The translations under genes were made by a program, and so were the position numbers. A stretch of 64,000 nt of DNA from Nymphaea colorata. Lineage: Eukaryota. The notes under the pieces were generated by a model. The model was not told the origin of the DNA and did no database searches. It saw nothing but the letters and a program-made list of their open reading frames with translations. The stretch covers positions 4,898,001 to 4,962,000 of the forward strand of contig NC_045138.2 of NCBI RefSeq assembly GCF_008831285.2, in the 5' to 3' direction. The first letter of the stretch is position 1. Each line of letters opens with the position of its first letter. This document shows, in pieces, positions 49,877 to 63,400 of the stretch.

Positions 49877-52800
49877 ATGGCATCACAATACAATCTGCGA
49901 AGTGCCAAAGGCAAGGAGCCAGCCCATCTAGAAGAGACGAGCCCAGCCCATGACCAGGGAAACCTGGAGGAAACGATGAATCGGTTGGTCGCAGATATGG
50001 CCACCCATGAGGGAGCCCTCGACTTCACTATCGAAATCTTTGAGAGATTCAAGGAGCAGATGAGGTTGATGCGAGAACAGATGGCTGAGTCAGTGGCCAT
50101 GAACCGATCACTCTCTGACTTGGTGAAGACCCCACAGGATGAAGTCGCTGGACTTCGAGCTCAAAACCAGAGATTGCTACGTACTAACTCAGCTAGTAGT
50201 AGTCAAGAGAGGACCAATAGGATCGACGTTCAACGTCCGGCGAAGTACAGTGGTAGCTAATATGTCAAGGCGATCGACAACTTTCTGTTCCAAGTAGACT
50301 ACTACTTGGACTTGCACAACGGAGTAGAAGATGACTTGAAGATTAAGACCGCAGCGATGTTGTTAGAGGGAGATGTTGTAGCTTGGTGGAGGCGGCAAAT
50401 GTTGGATATTGAGAATGGGGACTGCACAATTAGTAACTTCGATGATTTTTGCAAGCAGTTGAAGGGATACTTCATGTCCGTGGATACCGAGAGCCATGCT
50501 TATCAGTTGGTTGCGAACCTGAAGCAGATAGGTGCCTTGAGAGATTATGTCAGCGCTTACAAAAAAGTCATGTTGGACGTGCCTATGATGTCAAACAAAG
50601 ATAAACTTCACTGGTTCATCATAGGGCTTTAATCTTGGGCCCAAGCCGACGTGGAGAGATCGAATCCAGAGACTTTAGAGCAAGCATATGTGACAACTGA
50701 GACCTTGGCCGACACCCAATGCAAAAGCTACATTGATACCTTCAAGTTTTCGAAGAAGTCCGACCACGGTGGTAAGAATGAGAAACGGCGAGACAACAAA
50801 AATGAATTGTTGTCCCAAAAGCAAACCGAGAGAAAGTCTTTCTTTCGCAAAGACTACACTGGGCCACCAAGAGAAGTGACTTGTTGAGTCTGCGGAGGAA
50901 GGCACCAAGCTCGCGTATGCCTGAAACGTGTGAGACCTACCGGACAGGTCAATGCCTTGAGGGCTACCGAAGGTGAGACCGAAGAAGACAAACACGGATG
51001 GTGCCGTCCAGACAATCAATGTTATCCAAAGTCGCGCGGTATCTAGCAGCATGGTGAACAAGGAGTTGATGTACTTAGATGTCACTTTGAATGGAATGTC
51101 TGCTATTGCGATGGTAGACTCCAGGGCAATGCATAAATTCGTCTCAAAAGAGGAGACGGAGAGAGTGGGATTGAAGCTTGTGTCGCAACAGAAGACCCTT
51201 AAAACGGTAAACTCTGAAGCTAGGCTCATCCTTGGAGAAGCAATGGGTGTAACAGTTCAGATTGAGGGCTGGACGGTGTAGTTCCCCTGGATGATTCCAA
51301 GGTGATTCTTGGGATAGAGTTCCTCAAAGGCCAGAATGCTACGATATTGCCGAAGTTCAACACATTGATGTTGATGGGTGCAGATGAGCTCCATACTGTG
51401 CACTGCCACTCCACTAGAAGCAAGTCCCAGCTAAAGTTGTCACCAATGCAACTGAAGAAAGGTGTGCATCATGGGGAACAAACATTCCTCATGGTTGTAC
51501 GTATTCAAGAAGATGACTCTCAACCGAGAGTCATTCCCCCAGGGCTAGCCCCTGTCCTAAAGCAGTTCGAGAGAGTGATGCCGTCCGAGTTGCCCAAACG
51601 TCTACCTTCTAGGCGTGAAGTTGACCATGAGATTGATTTGGTTCCCGGAGCCAAGCCACAGCTATGGTCCCCTACAAAATGGGTCCGGCCAAACTGAAGG
51701 AGCTGCAAAAGCAGCTTGATCATATGCTTGAGTCAGGGATCATCCGTCCCTCTAAGGCACCATTTGAAGCCTCTGTATTGTTCCAGACGAAGCACGATGG
51801 TTCCAAGAGATTCTGTGTGGATTACCGCGCTTTGAACAAAGTGACAGTGAAGAACAAGTATTTGTTGTCTTTGATTGCGGACTTGTTCGACCAATTGGGC
51901 AAAGCGATGATTTTTTTGAAGCTAGACCTTCGTTCCGGCTACTGGCAGGTCAGAATCATAAAAGGCAATGAACCGAAGACAGCTCGCATCACCCGCTATG
52001 GAGTGCATGAGTTCCTAGTCATGCCATTCAGGTTGACGAATGCCCCTGCGAATTTCTCGACCCTCATGAACAAGATATTCTACCCCTACCTTGACAACTT
52101 TGTGGTAGTCTACCTTGATGACATTGTTGTCTTTAGCAGCAACTTGGAGGAGCACGTTGGTCACTTGAAGATGGTGTTCCAAGTACTCAAAGAAAACAAT
52201 CTCTATGTGAAGATAGGAAATGGCCAGCTGCAAATGGATCTGGAGAAAGTGAAGATTGTTCAAGACTGGAACCCTCAAATGTGCCTGAATTGCGGTCCTT
52301 TTCTGGGTTGGCCAATTGCTATCAGCGGTTCATCACGGGGTATTCATTGATAGTGACGCCCCTCACTGACCTACTTAAAAAAAATAGATTCTGGATTTGG
52401 ACTCAGTCTGCCCAAGTGCCTTTGAAGGCTTGAAACTTGCCCTTGTACAAGAGCTCTTTTCTGATTGCCAGATCACTCAAAGCCCTTTGAAGTACACACA
52501 AACGCCTCAAATTTTGCCATCAGTGGCGTAATAATGTAGGACAGTGATCCGATCGCCTATGAGAGCTGGAAGCTGAAGGACCTTGAGAAGCGGTACATGG
52601 TGCTTAAAAGGGAAATGGCCGCCATTGTGCATTGTTTGCGCATATGAAGGCACTACCTACTGGGGGCAGAGTTTGTCGTCAAGACGGATAATGTACCAAC
52701 AAGTTCTTCAAGACTGAGAAGAAGTTAACTCTGAAGCAGGCTCGTTGGCAGGAATTCTTGGCGGAGTTTGATTTTGCTTTGGAGTACAATGTTAGTAAGA

Positions 52801-54300
52801 CCAACGTGGTAGCGGATGCATTGACTCGAAAGGCAGAACTTGCAGCCTCTCGAATGGAGACCTCCGAAGTTCAATTGGAGGGTGCTTTCCTTGAGTGGGT
52901 TCGTGAAGGAATGCAGCAGGACTCATTGGCCCAACAGTCGGTTGCATTGGCCGAAGCAGAAAAGACTCGAAAATTCTGGCTACGAGATGGATTGCTCCTC
53001 AACATGGGCGGACGCGTTTTCGTGCCGAAGTGGGGTAATCTCTGACAAGATCTAACAGAGGAGTGCCACGATATGCTTTGGGCTGGCCATCCAGGCCAAG
53101 AGTAGACTCTGGCACTTCTCGAACAAAGGTATTATTGGCCCTAGATGCACGACGATGTGGAGGCGTTTGTGAAGACTTGCCTCATCTGTCAACAGGACAA
53201 GGGGAGTAACTAGAAGTCTGTCGGCCTGCTTAAGCCTCTTCCTATTTTAGAGCATCCGTGGGCCACGGACTTCATTGTGATGCTACCAAGAGTTGATGGC
53301 TACAGCTCTATCTTCGTTGTTTTGGATAGATTTTTTAAGTATGCCACATTCATCCCAACTACGAATGAGAGTCCAACGGAGAAGACGGCGGATATGTTTA
53401 TGAAAAAGATCGTAAAGTATTGGGGTGTGTCGAAGAGTATTGTGAGCGATCGCGATGCTTGCTTCACATGCAAGTTTTGGCGTGAAGTGTTTCGGTTGCT
53501 TGGCTCAGACTTGTTATTTTCCACAAACTTTCACCCGCAGACTGATGGCCAAACCGAACGCATTAATGCCTTGTTGGAACAGTACCTTCGCACTTTGTCA
53601 GGACCAACTACAAAAACTAGGTAAAGCTGCACGATGTTGCCCAATTCTGTTACAACCTGTAGAAGAGCGAGTCTTCAGGTCATAGCCCCTTCGAGATAGC
53701 CACCGGACAACAACCATTGATGCCCCACACTCTTGCTGCCCAAGAGAAGGGAAGACTCACCTTCACCTACCAGTTCGTCAAAGACTGGCAGGAACAGACA
53801 GAGATAGCTAAGACGTTCTTGCACAAGCTGCCAAAAAAATGAAGAAATGGGCTGGCAAGAATTGGAGACCTACCGAGTTTCGAGTGGGAGACCAAGTTCT
53901 TGTCAAAATATACCCAGACTACCTAGGTATCTTCCGTGGATGACAACGAGCACTGATCCGAAAATATGAAGGGCCATTTACTGTGGTTAAGAGGATTGAG
54001 AAGCTAGCATACAAGTTAGACATGCCACTAAACTTCAAGGTGCATTCTGTGTTTCACGTCTGCAACCTTAAGCCCTTCTACGCCGACGATGAAGACTCGG
54101 AGAGAAGCCAGCCACAACGGGAGCCAATTTTGCAATGAGCCAATTCGACCTGGCGAGCCACTGACCGACAGTTAGATCAGATCCTTCACCACAATGTCAA
54201 CTACCTTGACGAACCGAAGCGATATTTGGTCAAGTAGTTAGATGACAACCAATCAACATGGAAGTATGCTTTTTGTTTAAGGCGATGTCATCCATAAGAA
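49877..54300 (+). pseudogene. Chromovirus gag-pol (gag, protease, RT, RNase H, integrase, chromodomain), heavily disrupted
   Basis: AAMLLEGDVVAWWRR (gag), AMVDSRA (protease), RFCVDYRALNK/LDLRSGYWQ/YLDD (RT), NVVADALTR, IVSDRD/FHPQTDGQTER (integrase), DQILHH..RYLVK*..STW (chromodomain, ~54175-54265). Confidence 0.93.
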
Positions 54301-54361
54301 GTCAAGATCTACCGCAAGGCTAGTAGCACCGAAGACGGCGCTTGATTTGAAGGGAGGAGCT

Positions 54362-54777
54362 TGTTCCCTTGTGTTGTGTCCGTACAGTCATCCTTTACTT
54401 TCGTTGTACTTGTTTTGTTTATGTTGAGTCTTAGTGTAAGTTCAAATGTTCACCTGTGTTTGGAGCACCCTCCCAAAACTGGCCACAAGTGTAAGATTGT
54501 GATTCCTTATTTTGAATAGTCTTGCATGGGAATTCTGTAAGTGGCTTCGGCCATCCTTTGTAGGGAAAGTGTAAAGCTTACTTGCTTTCCCTCATGATGT
54601 ACTCAACTGTTTAAGTGAATATATTACGAGTTTCCTTTCACACTCTTTGCGTATTTTATCTTTGAGTTTTCAAAAATGCATTCAAGTAAACTGCACCCAC
54701 TTGAACAAGCTGATGTCTTGCGGCATACTGGCGAGAGTTTACTGCGCCGCATGGTCCGTAGGAGTCGGCCCGTGACA
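54362..54777 (+). repeat. 3' LTR (416 bp)
   Basis: Direct repeat of the 5' LTR, preceded by the PPT and followed by the TSD. Confidence 0.95.
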
Positions 54778-55298
54778 AGAATGCTGATGTAGCTAAAAGG
54801 GAAGGCACTGAACTTATAGCAGTGCAACGCAGATTTGGTGAATACTGAAGAAATATTGAGACAAAATATTGAATTTCTACTGACATTAACCATCTATAGG
54901 GAATCTTGAGAATTTGGGAATCAGGCTCTAACGTTTAAGTTTATCATCCCCAGTTCAAATTAAAAAATTAGGATCTTTTTTCCTTGGCTACGTAATATTT
55001 CATATTTGTAGGCAATCAAATGGGCCCTTATATACTAAATTCTATGGAAATCATGTACACTGTCGATTTCAAAGTCAAACAGCAGAAATTAAGATATGAA
55101 TCTAAAAGCTAAATCATTTTTTGAAGAATAATCTAAAATACCCCTCAAAGGAGGAGAGAGAAAATGAGGGAAACAAATAAGTTTCCTCGAACAAAATCTC
55201 ATCTCCTTTACTAGGTATTTCTCTCAAACAACCAGCTTGGTTCTATATCTACAACTTAACATACACCATTGATCTATTTAAAAGAAACAGGTTAGATC

Positions 55299-55561
55299 TA
55301 AGGGTGGGTATCGGGCCGGGCCCAGCCCGGCCCGGCCTGACCCATTGAAATTCAAAAATATTTTTTTAAGTATAAAATAACATTTTTTTAATATAAATTA
55401 TATTTATTAAGAATAAAAAATATTATTAAAACAAAAAATTAAAATATATATATATTTTTTTTTTTAACTTACCGGGCCTAAACGGGACGGGCCTGGCTGT
55501 CGGGCCCGGGCCTGGCTGTTGGGCCTGGGCAGGGATTTTCCCGGCCCGACGCCCAGTCTTA
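55299..55561. mobile_element. hAT-type MITE (TAAGG-TGGG-CGGGCC family)
   Basis: TIRs TAAGGGTGGGTATCGGGCC / GGCCCGACGCCCAGTCTTA with perfect TSD GTTAGATC (55291-55298, 55562-55569). Confidence 0.9.
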
Positions 55562-55568
55562 GTTAGAT

Positions 55569-55757
55569 CAGGGGTGGACGGAAGGGGGGGGCTTTGCCCC
55601 TCTTCAGAGTTTAAAAATTTTAAAATATTATATGTAACTATAAAAAAAATAGTTATATATATATATATATAATTTGAAAATTTCTATTTTGGTCCATGTT
55701 AAAATTTTGAAACTATAATTTAGTCCATGCAACAAAAAAATTTTTGCTCCGCCCTTT
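55569..55757. mobile_element. hAT-type MITE (CAGGGG family)
   Basis: CAGGGGTGGA...TCCGCCCTTT with TSD GGTTAGAT (55290-55297, 55758-55765). Empty site caggttagatgattcc at ~42891. Confidence 0.8.
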
Positions 55758-57715
55758 GGTTAGATGATTCCATCAAGTCTGGTTTATAACAATAACAAAT
55801 TCTAGCTTTGTTTACATTGGGTTTTTTTTAAGGAATTGAACTGTTAACATTACATAGCCATGTTCAGGTTTCCCACTGTTTGAGGGACAAAATAATTGGA
55901 TGGGTCATATTTTTCATGTTCACCAGCGCATCCTCTATTATGAGGTCGTGTTCCATTCAAAGGATGCTGGTACTGCAGCATGTTTCTGTTCTAGTAAATA
56001 ATGGACCGCTAGAGCTGGGGGCGTGAACTTTTTTTCTTTTTTTTTTGAGTGGGAGAAAACCCATTATTAGGAAAAGAAGGCTGAAGCCCTCCTTTCTTTT
56101 GTCTTCTTTTGAGGCCCAAAACTGCATGAGACCAAGTGAACTTGTCGTTATTCCATTCAACAACTTGAGAGTAGCAACTCCACAATAGAGTTTGTCACCC
56201 TTTGTAATTTTAACGACTAACATCTACATGATTCAAAGTGATGGTCAATTTTTCACTGACCTGTCAGCGGGATTAGCTATGCTCAGAGGCGGAGCCAGGA
56301 GGGGCTCCGCATGGGCCCTGGCTCACCTCAAAAACTTTAAAAAAAAAAATTTACTTGTAAATTTTAGAAAATTTCAATTGTCTTATATAAATATTTTGAA
56401 AAATGATATTTCGACCCCTATCAAAACTTAAAAACTTTAATTCAGCCCATCTCATGAAAAATTTCTGGCTCTACTCCTATTTATATTATCCCCTCGAGAC
56501 AGCTTTTGCCCCACTTGAGAAGTCAAAATGACAAAATGAGCCATGAAAGAATGCTGCAGCATGTCATGTTCCACCCGTTCCACGTATGATAAATAACACT
56601 TCCGACCTAGGGAGACATTGTCCGGAATGCCTTTGTCAAACAACCATACGGAGAGGGCCGACGGACATTTGGTCGGATTCACCAACCACCAGCACCAAGG
56701 AAGGAGCCCATTAGTCATGTGGTGTTTAGACTTGAAAAAGCCACGTGCTAGATTTTTCTTTTTTAATTTTATATGTATATTATTTTTTGAAAATTCTCTT
56801 AAAATGTGCCCAAAAAATGTAAAATGTTAGAGCATCTTCAATTGCTCAATGCATATGGCATCGGGCGGGGGCCTCCAGATTTTCAAAAAAAATAGAATTT
56901 ATATTATTTTTTATGAAAAAATCATTTAAAATGTATAAAAGACAAACTGTGGGCTGTGCTCACCTTTCTGAACATACGTGGTAGTCAAGGGCGGAGCCAA
57001 GGAGCTTGGCTCTCCCTCAAAAAAAACAAAAATTTTAAATTAACATATAAATTTTAAAAAAAAATTCGTTGTCTTAATAAAATTTTTAAAAAAATATATT
57101 TCAGCTCCTGTCAAAATTAAGAAACTTTAATGTAAAATTTTTTGCTCCACCTCTTTATGCATTGTAGTTGTTGACTTTTTTTGGAATGATGAATTAGTAA
57201 CTTTTCACTCAATTAAAAATCTAAAAAAACCCACTTTAAAGGTAAAGGAAAAGAGAAACTTTTACTCTTGGCCAGGCAGTGAGTCGTAATACTCTCACTC
57301 ACCTGAAAGTAGTATAACAAACTTTAAGAATACTCTTATGCCATGAATTTATCAAACTTTCTCTCTCTCTCTCTCTCTTTAATATGGTAAGGCACACCAT
57401 GTGTCCGTCGGCAAGCATTAAGAGTTGTCCAAAAAAAGTTCATTTGTCTAAAGTGGAAAGACTTTCAAGAGTCTGAAATATTGTTATGACAATATTTATT
57501 GTAGTCCTTGTTGAAGGAAATTGATAAATCGCAGACCTGTTAGGGTCAGGAGAAAAAACCAGATCCTTAAAATTTTTGTTAAAGCAATATATTTTAAATA
57601 AAATAAAAAAAAATCCTACTATATTCATGAATACAAAATATGCTTTAATTTAAGTTGTTTATAGAAAAAATGGGGATTACTCCACACTCAAAAAATTGAC
57701 TTTGATGTTGTATGA

Positions 57716-58880
57716 AAGGGCTGCACAACGAGTCAAAGCCAATTTGGGCTCGACTCGAACTGGCTCGAAAAAACTCGGCTTGAGCTTGACTCGTTTGTAA
57801 ACAAGCCGAGCTCGAGTTTAAACTTATACTCGAAACATTAAACGAGTTGAGTTCGAGTTGTAACAACTTGACTTGTTTATGCTCGGCTCAACTCGACTAC
57901 TGAAAATCGTTTTATCTAATTACATAAACCGGTTCACGAGCCACCAAAAACCGATTTACCGATTTAGGTTAAGTGTTTTTGTTTACTGTTCGGTTTCCAT
58001 TTTTAACCTTTTTCGTTCTTTTGTTTTGTTCGACTTCTCTCTCTCTCCCCTCTCCACCACCGACACCGACTCGCCGACGCACAAGCCATGACTACCACCA
58101 TCCGCCTGGCAGAGTTCAGCCACTATCTGACTTCCCTGCTACTTCCAGGTCTCAGCCGGACTGCTGCCTACTAGTATATATGCCTATTGCCTCTCTCTCA
58201 CACTCAAACTTTCAGCCATCGCCTCTTTCTTTCACTTTTTGCAGGTTTTGAATGGACCCAAGGGTGGTGCTTTCTGTCGGTTTTAGTAGAACCCAACGCT
58301 GCAATGCAACAACACTCTAACCCAATGAAACCAACCCACTTTGCTGCCGCTGGTATTCCTCAGCCTTTCTCAACCAACGCACTTTGCTGCTGCCGGTATG
58401 CCACACCCTTTCTCTCCACCATCTCACGCTTTCCCTTTCTTATGACATCAGTTTGATTGCTTGTTCAATTGTTCCCCAATCTTGTTCGCATTCTTTTGTG
58501 TTGAACCCCCTTGTTTTCATGGTTGTACCATAGAATTTGTTCTTGATGATGTTGCAGCGTTTGCTCATTTAACTTACAATACTAAAAATAATATCTCTGT
58601 ACTACAGAACAAGCATACCCTACTTTGTATCGCAGGAAAACCAACAATAAGTTTTCCTTTTGACTTGAGGTAACAAGTTTTGCTTTGGTGTTGTAAATGA
58701 GATAAACAAGTTGACGTAAACAAGTAAAAAATAAATAAAGACATAAACGAGTTAAGCGAGTCAAGCTCGAGCTCGACGTTGTATAATCCAATCGCGCTCG
58801 AGCTTGTATTGAGGAGCTCGACTCGAGTTCGAGCTCGAGCTGGGCAAGCTCGGGCTCAACTCCGCTCCTGTGCAGCCCTA
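57716..58880. mobile_element. Non-autonomous hAT element (1165 bp)
   Basis: TIRs AAGGGCTGCACA / TGTGCAGCCCTA, perfect TSD TTGTATGA (57708-57715, 58881-58888), CTCGA-rich subtermini. Absent from copy A (~45055). Confidence 0.9.
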
Positions 58881-59700
58881 TTGTATGAACCACTCAGTTT
58901 GACTTATCATTAAACTAAAAAAGGTTTACCTTAATATATGTTTCTTGTCAACTTATTATTTATATGTGAACAGTCTGGTTTTTGTCCCTGACGTAGTGAT
59001 ATGGGACAATCACTCCCTGTTGATGGGACCTTTCATTTATAGATAGTTCTGAGAGGTGACAGTACTGCAAGTTGTTGGTACTGACCTTTATAAGTCCCTT
59101 GAGTACCCATCAATCTCCTGTGCTAACCTTCTTGAGAGAAAGAGAGAGAGAGAGATTATATGAAAGTCTTTTAACAATAAAAGCTCAATGTACATTGCAC
59201 CACATGTGCATTGGAGAGTGAGTTGTATGAGCTGCTGGTTGCACGCAACCCATATACGCCAAAAGAAAAGGCTAAGGAGTTGGGATATTTTGAAAAATAT
59301 TTAAAAACACATATCTTTTTTAGTCTTTTAATTTTTTGCAGTTTTTTTTGTCTCTAGAAAAAGTTTTGTTTTTTATTAACCAATGGTGTTTTTGTTGTTA
59401 ACCATTCCGACGCACAAAAAAATTCATGCACAGTACGGCGTACATAACCCGCTTCATGTGCATTGTGCTTATCCAAGGAGGGGTTGACACTCTAGAATCA
59501 GTGACTGGCTGGCCACCTACCAGGTCAGGTAGCTATGTCAAATTTTTTTAAGCCTACAATGAATCTATGGGATGCGGTAGCTGACCTTTTAAGCTGACAT
59601 CTAATGCCGACATCTGGCCGCCATGCTTTAACTAGCTGTATTGACAACTTGGTGGAACCTAGAAATTTCTTTTTTTTTTTTTACTTTGGGGGAAAGAGGG

Positions 59701-60047
59701 TAAGGCTGGGCACCGGGCCGAGCGGCCAGTGGGTACCCGGTACTCGAACCGACTAGAATCCAACCCTGGGTCCAGAAAAAAGGGCACCGGACCAGCCCGA
59801 TAGTTTATCGGGCTGGCCTAGGTGGGCCCAATAATTTGTGTTTAATATTTATTTTATTCATTTTTATATTAAAATATAATATTTTATGACGATTAATTAC
59901 ATTTATATATTACTTTATATTAATTTAATCGAACCAGGCTCAGGCTCGGGTTTTAATGGTCGAGCTGGGCCCGGCCCCAAGTTTCGAGTACCGGGCCGAC
60001 CTGAACCCTGTTCCTTATCGGGCTGGGTCGGGCTGATGCAACGCTTA
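59701..60047. mobile_element. MITE of the TAAGGCTGGGCA-CGGGCC family
   Basis: TAAGGCTGGGCACCGGGCC ... GGGCTGATGCAACGCTTA with GC-rich ends and an AT-rich core; TSD not clean. Confidence 0.7.
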
Positions 60048-60779
60048 GAGGAAGGGCGAATAGTATTTTCAAAAATTGAACGGGGGCAAAACAATATTTG
60101 TCGAAATTTTTACATGAGCCCAATTAAAAATTTCAAAAATATAATTATAATTTTTTTTTTTTCAAAATGTGAGAGGGGGAGGGGACCTCCTCCTCCACGC
60201 TGGTGAACAAATTCCTTCCTTTTAGCAGTCTATCAACATACACAACCATTAATATTTGGAGATTACCATTCTGCCTAGATCTGCAAACTGACATTTCACA
60301 TATTTGTGCTTCTTGGCATAATCTTTAACTCTGTTATTACAAGCTTCACAAGAACCACTCAAATCTTTTTAACGAGGAAGCCAACAATATATAGCAGTAA
60401 GTGAGAAATTGTGCGGAATTGAAACCAGCAAGCTGTGGAATGTTGCCGGATGACTAAATTACATATAATTAAATTGGAATTAGTCTGCAGCAGGATGTTC
60501 AAGATGATTAAATATATAAAAATGGTTGCTAAAAACAACATGACATGACCGGATCACTATTTGTAATGGTTCATAGTGTATCAACAATTTATAGTTTTAA
60601 TAGTGATAGTGTATTGGGCTTTTAGCGACAAGTGTTTGAATTCTTTGAGTTCCATGACATAATATTTGCTCATATTTTTGAGGTCCTGCCAAAAAAAAAT
60701 TCATATATTCTAGTGATGTGTTCACTAGTATTAGTAACGGTATAGGTATCTATTTCAGTCATATATGCTAGCCATTCAC

Positions 60780-63400
60780 AGCCCAATACTTTGACCCCCA
60801 AATAACCTTTTTTTTTTATTAAAAAGTAAAACATTGAGGTGCGACGACACAACAATTCAAAAGAAGCTATGCACATTAAGAGACAATAGGGGCGAACATT
60901 TCATTGTATAATAAATTCAGTTCATACAAAATCACTTCATGTTTCTCAATAACACATATGACAAAAATATCACAGAACCATAACATTGATGTCTAACAAA
61001 AATAAGACATCACAGAGACCAAAACATGATGCTCCGGAACTACAATAAACCCAAAATCTCTCCAATAGGATGAGTTGAGTCATCTGATAAACCTGCTGAG
61101 CTGGGTCCATCAAAACCTGAAAAAGTAAACATCAAAAGGCTTAGCTTTCGTAGTATGGCAACAAACCATATAAATACAAACCCTCTAAAGTAAGGGTTCA
61201 AACGTAGGATATAACAAATACGAAAACAAAACACTATTATGTCATGATAGGAGTATACAGTCACATTTGTCATGGAAACCCCGCACATATATCACGACAT
61301 GTATAGACCACTCAATGGTCACAATTAATACACTCAATAATCACATTCACTTCATGCATATTCACTTCATACACACTTGTCTTATTTATAGTTATTTCAT
61401 TTACATTGGCTTCAGTGAATTGACAGCTCCTGTGGATGCAAAACATAGGCGCGTGCACACCACGGGTGACCTACAGTAAGGAGACAACCCCCGTGGTGGC
61501 TCAAAATGATATGGATCTGTTCACGTTGCAGCGATAGAATAATCATCTATGGATGTGTGAATTGCAAGGAGAGTTGTTCCTGCCTTCCCTAGGACACCTA
61601 AGTTGGGAAAGCGGGAGCCTAACGCTTCAAGCACTTCATAGAACGATAACTTGGGGCATTGCACCACCTGCGCTTAACATCTCTCAAACACAGTGTTATA
61701 ACCCACTGGCCTCTCATCTATTATTATTTATTAACTTATCATTATGAAAGTGCATCCACAAAATGACCGGTTAGCACACGATGTTGGTTCAGTGCAACCT
61801 TACATCAATACACTTCCCTATGATGGCTACACTTACAGTTAATACTCTTAGCTGGTCGTCATAACTTTACGGTACATCTACCCTCCAAATTCATTCAATT
61901 GCATCATGCCCACAACAATGCACACAAAAATTATTGCAACATTCACTCAATCAAACATATTAAACACATCGTACAAAACATAGCTAAACCACTGTGAGTA
62001 GTTTCGATCCATGATTAGCCCGTAGCTATCATATACAATTATCATTCTATGATACTTTCTAATGCACAATCAAGCTCGAAGAGATACTCGACTCGATACC
62101 CCGTCTAATCTCCCCGAGGCAGTTATCATTACTAGCATGCACATGCAATTGCATAGTAATTTTAAAAACAAAATCAATCTCATAATCATTCATTCATACA
62201 CATACATTCATTCAACACAACACAATCATAGGATCCAATGATCTTGAAAAAGTATGCATTCTAACTTTGGCCCCAGGCAAAGATTTCCCTAAAATGTCGT
62301 CATACCTGTCGCGCGTCACCAAAATACTCAAAATGTCTCGGCCTTCAAATCTTGTCAAGGTCTACTCGACGTGCCCAGTGTACCTACAAAAATATTCAAG
62401 CAATAAGTTTTCTACTCGTTTCTCTTTAAAGTCTATAAAAGTACAAAATAGGATAATTGAGGTGTAGGTCATCACCTCAAGAAGGTGCCGACATGTAGCA
62501 TCAGCCCATAAAGCCCTCCATTAGGCCTCTTCCGAACTCCTTCAGGCACGACCAAACAGTTAAAACTCCAGATTTTTTGTTCAACCTATCACCAATATGT
62601 TTCTCACTTGTTTTCTTAGTTGAGGCATCTTCCCAATAATTACGCTTCCCAACAATCATATTCTTTCCCAACAAGCGACGTAATATGCACATTGACAATA
62701 ATATACTTCACTAGTTTGCGAAAATAGTTCTAAATCTTCTCAACATCATCAAAATCTCTACCATGCTTTTTAACCGCTTCAATTATTCATACTGAAAAAA
62801 TAATTATATGTATAAATCATCATCCCTCTAAAATAGTCCTAAACCTTTTCCAATATAACAAAGTCTCTAATGTGCATTCTAAGTCATCCAATCTTGAATC
62901 TAGTATGTTTGAATAATAATTATACATGTGCTAACATAAAACATAGACAATTTAGGCACAATTAGGCCTCGCTCACCCCACTCTTAAAGTCCTAACTGAT
63001 GTAGTGCTCCCGGCAGCCACACCAAGTGCTCGACCGATCTCCAAGCGGCTAAAGCTATATGCTGTCGTCACCTCCAACGCCTACTATTTGTTGTTATGAG
63101 GGGAAGGACGTATTCCCCAAGCTGCAATCCAACCAACAGCAAATAATAGAGTGAGAATTAGCAAAAGAGAGATCAAAAGAGAGGTATGTTGTTAGAAGAT
63201 GGCATCTGGCAGTGAGGGAACTGGTTCGGCTGATTTTGACACATGCATAGAATAGAGTGTGAGTAGAGAGACGATGAGAGTGAGAAGTGAAGATCGCCAG
63301 AATCATCAATAGATTGCAGCTACCTTCAGTCTGCTGCAGCAGCATCGCTTTATAACGGTGGGGAGACGAGAGCCAAAGAAAAAGTGAGGAAATGATTAAA
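60780..63400 (-). mobile_element. Possible LTR/UTR fragment of another LTR retrotransposon
   Basis: Composition only: CA/CAT-rich plus strand, reversed splice-donor-like motifs, GA-rich end. No coding motif or termini identified. Confidence 0.25.

Larger units (their letters stand above)
49366..54777 (+). mobile_element. Full-length degenerate chromovirus Ty3/gypsy element (Galadriel-like)
   Basis: LTRs 49366-49779 and 54362-54777 (TG...CA), TSD AGAAT at 49361-49365 and 54778-54782, degenerate tRNA-Met PBS TGATATCAGAAC at 49782-49793, PPT GAAGGGAGGAG at 54349-54359. Confidence 0.96.
46009..59648 (+). repeat. Tandem segmental duplication, right copy (B), expanded by transposon insertions
   Basis: Begins with the right half of the 37929-38310 MITE and is colinear with copy A apart from insertions and deletions. 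Confidence 0.92.
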
